Shown: piece by piece, positions 38,601-48,149 of the stretch
Position numbering within the stretch: the stretch's first letter is position 1
Layout: each line of letters opens with the position of its first letter
NCBI GenBank assembly: GCA_035221665.1
Contig: CM069142.1
Span: 5,890,001 to 5,954,000, forward strand
Direction of reading: 5' to 3'
Source: Okamejei kenojei
Lineage: Eukaryota
Length of the DNA: 64,000 bases
Made by a program: the position numbers and the translations under genes
Notes under the pieces: generated by a model
Database searches by the model: none
What the model was told of the DNA's origin: nothing
What the model saw: the letters and a program-made list of their open reading frames with translations, nothing else

Positions 38601-38859
38601 GTCTCGAGACATTGCTGGACAGGAATTTCTAGCAGCCCCTGCAGAGTTGATTTGAAACGTGCCATGTGACCATCTTCAGCTGCTCTGCCTGTGACATAAG
38701 TTGACAAGCAATTACAAATGGGCAGATCTGAGTGCTGGGACCCGGAGAGGTCTATGAAATGGAGCTAACCCATTGAAAAGATTCAGGCTGGGAGTTGTTC
38801 ACCTGAGAAACATTTTGATCACTTAGGCCTGTCTAAATTTGCTGATACAAATAACAGTG

Positions 38860-40255
38860 TGGTTTCAGTTGAACAATCCCTGTTCCAGGCGTACACTGGC
38901 CCTATCTCCGTTACATTGATGACAGCATCGGTGCTCCCTCCTGCACCCATGCAGAACGCATTGACTTCACCAACTTCACCACCAATCTTCATCCTCTGTG
39001 CTCAAATTTACTTGGACCATCTCCGACATCTCCCTCCCCTTTCTTGATCTCAGTCTCCATAACAAGAAATAGACCATTGACTGACGTCTATTACAAGCCC
39101 ACTGACTCCCACAACTTCCTCGACTACACTTCTTCCCACCCTGCTTCCTGCAACGATTATATCCCCTACTCCCAATTCCTCCGTCTACGCCGCATCTGCG
39201 CCCAAGATGAGGAGTTCCATACCAGAACATCCAAGATGTCCTCATTCTTTAGGGAATGGGAATTCACCTCTCCCATCATAGATGAGGTCCTCATTCATGT
39301 CTCCTCAGTACCCCACAGCTCTGCCCTTGCTACCACTTCCCCTAGTTGGAACAGAGACAGAGTCCCCTAGTCGTTATCCCATTAGTCATCACATACAACA
39401 CATGATCCTACAAAATCTCTGCCACGTCCAATGGGATCCCACCACTGGCCGCATTTTCCCATCTCCACCCCTTTCCGTCTTCCGCAGAGACCGTTCCCTC
39501 CGCAACTCCCTGGTCAACTCATCCCTTCCCACCCAAACCACCCCCTCCCCAGGTACCTTCCCCTGCAACCGCAGAAGATGTAACACCTGTCCCTATACCT
39601 CCTCCCTCGACTCTGTCCAGGGACACTGACTGTCCTTTCAAGTTAGGCAGAGGTTCACTTGCACCTCCTCCAACCTCATCTACTGTATCCGTTGTTCAAG
39701 ATGTGGACTCTTATACATCGGCGAGTCCAAACGCAGACTGGACGATCGTTTTGCGGAACACCTTCGCTCAGCCCGCCAGAACCAACCTGATCCCTCGGTT
39801 GCTGGACACTTTAATTCTCCTTCCCACTCCCACACAGACCTTTCTGTCCTGGGTCTCCTCCGTTGACAGAATGAGGCTAAATGCAAATTGGAGGAACAGC
39901 ATCTCATATTTCGCTTGGGCAGCTTACAGCCCAGTGGTATGAATATTGATTTCTCTCACTTCAGGTATCCCCGGCATTCCCTCTCTCTCTGTCCCTCCCC
40001 CACCCAAGTCACAGTAGCTTCTCATTTTCACCCGACAAACAGCTAACAATGGCCTGTTTCCTTTATCATCTTTACTTTTTTGCATATCTTTCATTCATTG
40101 TTCTTTATCTCTCCACATCACCATCTGTATCTCTAATTTCCCTTATCCCATACCAATCTGAGGAAGGGTCTCGACTCAAAAGGTCACCCATTCCTTCTCT
40201 CCAGAGATGCTGCCGGTCCCGCTGAGTTATTCTGGCTTTTTGTGTTTATCTTCAA
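38860..40255 (+). mobile_element. Penelope-like element (RT C-terminus, GIY-YIG, pLTR tail), frameshifted
   Basis: TDVYYKPTDSH...IPYSQFLRLRRIC; CNRRRCNTC; LYIGESKR. Confidence 0.92.
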
Positions 40256-40285
40256 TCATCACCTCCCTGTTTTGCTCTCTTTCAG

Positions 40286-40330
40286 AATGAAAGGATGAAT
40301 GCTGCTGCTGCCACCAGTGACACCTATTCT
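40286..40330 (+). CDS. CD247: CD3 zeta exon 5
   Basis: Strong pyrimidine tract TTTCAG| and |GTAAGT, 45 nt; NERMNAAAATSDTYS supplies the first Tyr of ITAM2. Confidence 0.88.
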
Positions 40331-42286
40331 GTAAGTATGGCTTAAACTTCAGGTTTTTTTGGAAGCAAAGCGTGCTTTGGTCATTAATATTGGTTGAAGG
40401 GAGGGGGAAATTAAAAGTTTGTGCTGGGTAAATGCCAAACGATGTACTGAGCATGCAGAGAGTCATGTGCTGTCAAACCGCGATCAACTTGGAATTACTG
40501 GTCTTCTTCTGAGTGGTAAGACTCCAACAGCAGGAGATGCATTTACCACCCAACCCCAACTGTGTGCTTGAAATTTGACCAATAGCTGTGTGGTATGTAT
40601 TCTGCTGCAGAATCTCTTGCTGCTACATGGTCCTTGTGTGGGTCAGACAAGACTATTCAACATAAGGAACTTATGCAGCCTTCTCCAGAAACAAGTGGGA
40701 AATGTGGAAATTAGTTTTGTCTATTATTGGGATTTGTGATTACAAACAAGTCATCCACAATGTATAGATAAATGATATAACACTTATTACAAGTTAAAGT
40801 CCCGCAAAGTCTGATTAGAGATAGTTTGAGATAGATGGGAGGTCAGGACCATTCTCTAGTTAGTGCGAGGACTTGTTATCTTGTTCCACAGCCCTTCTGC
40901 TTGAAGGAAGACTTGCGTCCACTCCGGGTATGGGATGGCTGGTGAGATGAGTGTGGGATCGGCAGAGCAGGAGGTACTGGATGGAGCAGGTGAGGTGGTG
41001 CACTCCTCCGCCAATCTAATTGTTGGCCAGAGATTGCCATCAGTGGGTGAGAGTCCAATACTTTGAGGTATCTACCTAAAGTCGTGCATGGGGTAACCAT
41101 ACAGCCGTTGGTGGAAAAACATTACCTGTATTGTGTTTGAGCTCTTGATCCTCCAATACTTTCCTTCAGGACTGCCAAATTGAGTGCTGGTACACAGAAA
41201 CAAAAGATAAAATGTGATCATTGACACTTGCCTTCAATGAGGGCTGGCTCTGGAGATCACAAAAGTGGTCATGGTTTCTAAGTTTGTAGACACTTGGGGA
41301 AGATGACTGTTAGTTTGTATCGAACACGTCAATTATTACTTTGAGGTGCCCTGGGATTGCATGCTTTGCTCATCACAGTAATAAGGCTGGAACGTGACCA
41401 TGGTTTTGAAGTGGATTTGAAGTAGGCGGAACAGTTTCATTATTTCTTCAATAGATTAGCCCTAACGCAAAGAAACTTATTCGGGGTGATGTGTATTATT
41501 TGGCAACATACTCTGATAAAAATGTTGGATGAACACACTAACCTTCCTTGGACCCAGTCTGCATACAATTTTGTTTGAAGTTTTTAAGCCAAATTGTGTA
41601 ATTCTTAACTGTTAATTAAGTTTGTAGATTTTAAAAGGTGCATTGGTTGTTGCTGCTACTCCCAACCTTTCTGTTGGAAGTTGCTGCGGAGTAAACATGG
41701 TGTCCATTGTGCCTCTCGATAAACAGAATTCACAATAATGTAGGAAGCAGTTCTTGTGCCTGTTGGCAACAGGTCTACTGAGTGCGGGGCTGAAGAGCGG
41801 GCGTTGGTGAAGGAATAGAAACTTCTTGTCAGGGTTTGCAAACCATCTTCGGATGGTCAGATGGGGAAAATCTGAGGCACAATTAAATTTTAATTAATTG
41901 TTCTCCCAATCACAAAAACATGTGCAGAGTAAGAACATTGTCCTATAAATCCTAACATTAGTAATCTTGGTATAATGAGCTTCCAGGTTTTAGTCTGGTG
42001 GCATACTAAAAAGTACTGATTTTAGAAAAAAAAACAATTTAAGACAGAAACTGAGCAGAATGAATTAAATTTTGCAGAACAAACAAGCTTATGCTTCTTG
42101 TTCAGTTCTCTTGCTGTTTTGGTCGCATAACAGCACTGACAGATAAAGGAATCTAAATCATCAGCTTAACGAAGGCTCCCAATTCAAAGCGTTTTCAGTC
42201 CATTCCCTTCACAGATCCTCCAGCTCTTTCTTTTTGCTGTAAATTAAATGTATTTTTACTCATGGTGAATTTTACTTTGTTTACAG

Positions 42287-42343
42287 AAACTGAATGCCAA
42301 GACAAGAAATGAAGCTTATGGCGAACTGAAACCAACTCAACAG
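42287..42343 (+). CDS. CD247: CD3 zeta exon 6
   Basis: TTACAG|...CAG|GTACAG, 57 nt; KLNAKTRNEAYGELKPTQQ completes ITAM2 YSKL-x8-YGEL. Confidence 0.92.
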
Positions 42344-42449
42344 GTACAGTGAACATGACCTGATTCATCAGTCAATTACTGTAACTTCCTGTAAATAAAC
42401 AGCTCCAAATTTCATTGATTCTGGCTGTAGCGATATGTTCAGGTCACAT

Positions 42450-42765
42450 AATGAAATGCTCGGAGGAGGAGGAAGAGGTGCAGCTCACAGGCCTTGAACC
42501 TGGTGAGATGCATGAGGAGCCCGGCCGGGAGTCACCCCACAGAGCCCAGTCCCTCCATGCACTAGAGTCTCCCAACCCCTGCAGAGTAGTTATTAAGATG
42601 GCTGATCCGTGGGCGGTTGCTGCTGGGACGCAAGTCGGGGCCTGATCAACCCCGGCTGGGTCGCCTGGGCGAGGGTGTCTGATGTTGTGAGACCCGAAAC
42701 ACCCGATGACCCCAGGTCACATCACTGAGGATGCGTCCCAGCGCATCTAGAAGATGTATATTTTT
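42450..42765 (+). mobile_element. Internally deleted Hero-like (R2-group) non-LTR retroelement
   Basis: MKC...EPGEMHEEPGRESPHRAQSLH resembles the Hero ORF N-terminal region and IKMADPWAVAAGTQVGA* its C-terminus, followed by a structured 3'UTR. Family assignment is from memory of fish Hero elements. Confidence 0.7.
42618..42745 (+). ncRNA. Candidate permuted hammerhead ribozyme with kink-turn
   Basis: CUGAGGA 42725-31, GAAA 42696-99, GUC 42677-79, plus six mutually compatible helices (see findings). Confidence 0.65.
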
Positions 42766-43150
42766 CACACCCTGTATGAACTAAGCAAACTGAATGTCCA
42801 CCAAGGGCATAAATCTGAAGCAAATGTATGCTTTGGTGAGTAACGAAATAAATAAATAAAAGCCATTTTGTCAGATGGATGAATATTGCACTTCATAACT
42901 AGTCTGTAATATTAGATAATTTCCCATGGAGATATGTGCATCCACTGTTAATATTGTCACTGTCTAAAGATCACAACAAAGCAGCTCAGGGTAGATATTG
43001 CAGGGACCTTGACATTCTGATAGGTCCATGTCAAACAGGGTGCTGCACGTGAATAAAAATCAGAAGAACTTACTGCAGTTTCCAGAGATGTGTACCTGAT
43101 TAACATGTATTATAGAAATAAATTAACTTGCATATTTTAATACCCCACAG

Positions 43151-43186
43151 AAACGAAGAGGCAAAGGAGGGAATGACATCTATCAG
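43151..43186 (+). CDS. CD247: CD3 zeta exon 7
   Basis: CCCACAG|...CAG|GTAGGA, 36 nt; KRRGKGGNDIYQ versus human RRRGKGHDGLYQ. Confidence 0.95.
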
Positions 43187-43593
43187 GTAGGAGAGAAGCG
43201 AGAGCGGTCTTCTTCAACATCTACTACCCACATTAAACCAGTGTCCTGCTGCTTGTATCCTCACTCAATCCACACCTTGCTTCAACAGTGGCTTCAATTT
43301 TAACATGTTTTTAGAAAATAGAACATTACAATAAAGGAACAGGTCCAACAGCCCACGATGTCCATGGCAAGTATGATGCCAAGTTTAACTAACCTCCTCT
43401 GCCTGCACAAGATCCATATCTGCCTGCCTGTGTAAAAGCCTCAAATGCCCCTAACGTATCTGCCTCCACACCACCCCTGGCAGCGCGTTCCAGGCACTCA
43501 CCACACCATGTCAAAAACACTTGTTCCGCACACTTTATTTAAACTTTGCCCTCTCACTTTAAAGCTATGGCCTTTACTCTTTGACATTTCCAC

Positions 43594-45599
43594 CAAAGAT
43601 CCTACAGCGAGCAAGATAGTCCACTCCTGCTAACTCCAATGGGCTGACGTGTAGTACGCAACGGAGCGGAACGCGAGCCTTTTCTTCGGCCATTTCAGTA
43701 ACCTGACCCGACTTTGTACATCCCTCTCGCAGTGCAATCAACGTTGCGGGGGAACAGTTTGTGTTAATAAATTATAATTCTGTTAATTTTATTCTTTTAA
43801 TGTTATTTTTAAATTGTTTTTTTTTTAATGTTTAAAAAATATATTTTTTAATAGCTCATGTGCTGTTTTATTCAGCGACCATACAACTGATTAGATTGTG
43901 TAGGAAAGAACACACATGCATGAATGCGATATAGATGTATATAATCATATAACACACACACACACACATACATATTTCTCCAGATTTTTATATATAATGA
44001 TAAACTTTATTTCGGATTCAAGACCCAGACAAGGGACAACATTACATTAAAATACATTGCAAACCTCCCCGCAACTTTACCCTGACATCTCAGCCGTGCT
44101 GATCCGGGCCAGACTTCCTACACGCTGTGGAAGGAACATAGGCATATTTTTGCTTTTTATTGTGAGGCAGAGAGGCAGAAAGAAAATAAGATTTTTACTA
44201 AAGATCTTTGATTTTTACTCTCTACTCTTCCTCCCACCCTGCTTCCTGTCAGGACTCCATCCCCTATTCCTCCGCCTAAACCGCATCTGCTCCCAGGATG
44301 AGGTGTTCCACACCAGGTCATCACAAATGGCCTCATTCTTCAGAGAACGGGGATTCCCCTCCCCCACTATTGATGAGGCTCGCACCAGGGTCTCCTCCAT
44401 ACCCCGCAACACTGCCCTCTCTCCCCATTCCCCCATTCGCAAACAGGGCAGAGTCCCCCTGGTCCTCACCTTTCACCCCACCAGCTGGCAAATACAACAC
44501 ATAGTCCTCCACCAGTTTCGCCACCTCCAACGTGACCCCTCCACTCGCCACATCTTCCCATCTCCCCCCCCCCCCCCCCCCCCCCGTCTGCCTTCCGCAA
44601 AGACCGCTCCCTCCGCAACTCCCTTGTCAATTCTTCCCTTCCCTCCCGCTCTACCCCTTCCCCGGGCACTTTCCCTTGCAACCGCAAGAAATGCTACACT
44701 TGTCCCTTCCCCCCCCCCTCCACTCCTTTCAGGGACCCAAGCAGTCCTTCCAGGTCCGACAGAGGTTCACCTGCACCTCCTCCAACCTCATCTACTGCAT
44801 CCGCTGCTCCAGATGCCAGATGATCTATATCGGTGAGACCAAGCGGAGGCTTGGCGATCGTTTCGCCGAACACCTCCGCTCGGTCCGCATTAACCAACCC
44901 GACCTCCCGGTGGCTCAGCACTTCAACTCCCCTCCCATTCCGTATCCGACCTCTCGGTCCTGGGCCTCCTCCACGGCCAGAGTGAGCAACACCGCAAGTT
45001 GGAGGAACAGCACCTCATATTCCACTTGGGGAGTCTGCATCCTCTGGGCTTGAACATTGAATTTCTCAATTCTGTTAACCCTTGCTGTCTCCTCCTCTTC
45101 CCACCTCTCCCTCAGCCCTCGGGCCCTGGCATTCCCTCTCTCTCTATCTCCCTCCCCCACCCTAGTTGCACCAGCTTCTCATTTTCACACCACAAACAGC
45201 TTACAATGGCTTGTTCCCTTTATCATTGATACTTTTTTGCATATCTTTCATTCATTGTTCTTTATCTCTCCACATCACCGTCTATATCTCTCGTTTCCCT
45301 GATCCCTGACCAGTCTGAAGAAGGATCTCGATCCGAAACGTCGCCTATCTCCTTCGCTCCTTAGATGCTGCTGCACCCGCTGAGTTTCTCCAGCCTTTTG
45401 TGTACCTTTGATTTTTACGAGGATGTTTCCGTAACCGGCTTCCGTCTGCGCACTTGTATCTTTGCTCCGCTACGGGATCTTTGGCGCGGAGACGGAAGCC
45501 GGTTACGGAAATGGGGCTGAAAATAACCCATGAATCTGCCCATGACCGTACTATGTCTTTTCCGTTGAGTGGGCTATCTTGCTCGCTATAGGATCTTTG
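43594..45599. mobile_element. Non-autonomous hAT-like DNA transposon
   Basis: ~33 bp TIRs CAAAGATCCTACAGCGAGCAAGATAGTCCACTC / GAGTGGGCTATCTTGCTCGCTATAGGATCTTTG; 8-bp flanks ATTTCCAC and GTTTCCAT. Confidence 0.75.
44219..45405 (+). mobile_element. Penelope-like insertion inside the hAT element
   Basis: GIY-YIG ORF 44532-45053; direct repeat CTTTGATTTTTAC at 44206-18 and 45406-18. Confidence 0.9.
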
Positions 45600-46658
45600 G
45601 TTTCCATCCTGGTAAAAAGGTTCTGACTGTCTAGCCTATCAATGCCACTCACAATTATATCCACTTCTATCAGTTCTTCCCTCAGCTTCTGACACTCCAC
45701 GGCAAACAATCCATGTTTGTCCACCCTCTCTCTCTAGCGCTAATATCCTCTAATCTAGGCAGCATTCTGGTCAACCTCTTCTGCACCCTCTCCAAAGCCT
45801 TCCTGTATGGGAGACCTGAACAATACTCCAAATGTTGAGTAACTAAAGACCTATAAAGCTGCAGCCAGATTCCTGCCTCATATATTCAATGCCCTGACCT
45901 ATGAAAGCATGCACACGTTACGTCTTCTTTACTACTTTCATCAAGCTATGGACTTAGACCACAAGCGTAGGAAGGAACTGCAGATGCTGGTTCTGTCTAT
46001 CTTTGACTTAATGCTGTTAAGGGTTTTGCCATTAACTGTACATTCCACCTCACAAAGTGCCCCACCTCACACTTACTCGAATTACATTTCATCTGCCATT
46101 TTTCTGTCCATTTCTGTAGCTGGTGCTGCATGCTGAACCCCGCTGCAAACATTGACAGCTTTCCTCACTGTCACAAACCCTCCTAATGTGAACCATCTTC
46201 AATCTCCCTACATTTGGCCCATCTTGCAAAGAATCTTTTTACTTCAACCAAGTGTTTAAGCTACATTTGCTAAAGTCTCCTTCTAAAGCTATTTACATCT
46301 CATAGATAAGTTGTTGAACATATCACAGACAAAACCCAGCAAAGGTTGACATTTTCTTGCATGCCTGGTTGGCTGGGAACCCGTGGGGAATACCTTTGAT
46401 CTCCATCTTCCATATCGATGAAGGATGGTTAAAAGACAAACACTGACTGAATTTCTGTTAATTTAGGAGGCAAACTGTCCACAGGAACTACACAATAGAT
46501 AATCAGCACATTATTATATCTTAACCACACCTGGAATACATGTTTTTTTTCCAGAAAGTCATATACAAGTTATACCTGCAGGGAAAAGTGTAGAATAGAA
46601 AAATACTTCCTTGTGATGCAGACATTTCGCTAACGATTTCAATGGAATTATTTTGCAG

Positions 46659-46742
46659 GGACTGAGTCAAGCAACACAAGATACATATGACAAACTGCAA
46701 ATGCAGGAATTACCGGCTGTGCCCCCACCTCCTCGTCGCTGA
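46659..46742 (+). CDS. CD247: CD3 zeta exon 8 (terminal coding exon)
   Basis: TTTTGCAG|GLSQATQDTYDKLQMQELPAVPPPPRR*; ITAM3 YQGL-x7-YDKL (human [21 protein letters not shown]). Confidence 0.96.
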   Translation, partial: GLSQATQDTYDKLQMQELPAVPPPPRR

Positions 46743-47558
46743 CTTCCTCGAGTGGATAACGTAATCCCACGACAAGCAACAGTGGACAACTTTTTAGGAT
46801 GAACTCTTATTTCATCAACATAAAGTAATGCCAAATTACAAATAATCCCCTGCAATATTTACTTGCAAATATTAAAAACTCAGTTGAATTAGCATTATTA
46901 TACTACAACATGGAAATGTCCCATTGTAATGAGTTTACAAGCCTCTAAAAACATAACTAGCTTGATATAATCTACAATTAATGAGAAACGTAGGCTAAAT
47001 CTCATTCAAGTTTAGAAGTCAATCCTTGTTACCTTCTGGCATAAATCAAAACGAAATGCTCAGCTGGAGCTGAAAATATTTATCATTTATCCAAGTGAAA
47101 ACAAGTATTTAAAAGGTAACTTCAAATTGGAAATAGAATGCACAGCATTGTCAATGGGGCATTATTTTCTTTAAATGAGAAATCACCTATATCTAGTCGG
47201 AACAGTATTGTTTAAAACATCAATTATGTAGATAAAGAACCATGTAAATAATACCATTACAAAGCAGTAATCTTTTCTCTTTTATACATCTTTCTAATGA
47301 GCGGCTGGAATTGTTGATCTCTGTAGTGTTGCACGAGTTACAGTAATGCTACAAATAACGATTTTTGTAAAAACCATTGCCTGTTTTACCCTGCTTGTTA
47401 TTGGTTGATCTGTACCTGAGTCTATAATGGTATGCCATTACTAGGTGCTGAACAGAAGTTACCTCAATGCTTGTCAGTATGTTTCCACTTAAGATAAAAC
47501 TGTCCATTTTAATTTTCACTGAATTGACGATTAAAATTTTAATATAACAGCCATTCTT

Positions 47559-47587
47559 AATAAATATCTTCACATTAGATGAATAAA
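47559..47587 (+). promoter_or_regulatory. Candidate CD247 polyadenylation signals
   Basis: AATAAA at 47559-64 and 47582-87, ~820 nt after the stop codon. Confidence 0.5.
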
Positions 47588-48149
47588 TTCAGGAATATTT
47601 TAAAAAGCAGGAAGTGAAGACAAAAAAGCCCAGTATTTTCAGCAAATATAATTCAGTATTTTCAGCCATTCCTGGATCTGTGGACAAATGTTGCACAGTT
47701 GGTGTCTAATTATTCAATACAAGCAATGCATATATACAGGAGGAAAAAAAGTACAATGGCTTGTTTGCCCGCACGTCTATTAATTAAAAAGTTGTTATGA
47801 TCTGGAGTGCAATGCCTGGAAAAATGATGGAAACTGATTTAATTACAAGAAGAAGGAATAAATACCTGAAGGGTGTGGGACTAGATGTTTAGTCTTCTAG
47901 CAGTCTGGTATATGTGCACAATGAACCCTTTATTTCTTTCTGTGTTGTACGATTCCAGGATTAGTAGAGTCACTAAGGTTCAAAATCCATTCAAGCAGAT
48001 TTTGCTTTTAAATATGTTGTACTTAAGCAAGTCAATCGTAGATGGTAACTATAGCTGTTGCTACATTCCTTCAAGCCAGTAAGAGGCATTTGCTATTGTG
48101 TTCTGGATGCTTTTGGTTTAATATTAATAGCCGCAACAATCAGGATCGC

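Larger units (their letters stand above)
43315..46110 (-). mobile_element. Old CR1 fragment split by a hAT insertion
   Basis: CR1-like sequence at 43315-43593 continues at 45600. Confidence 0.65.
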
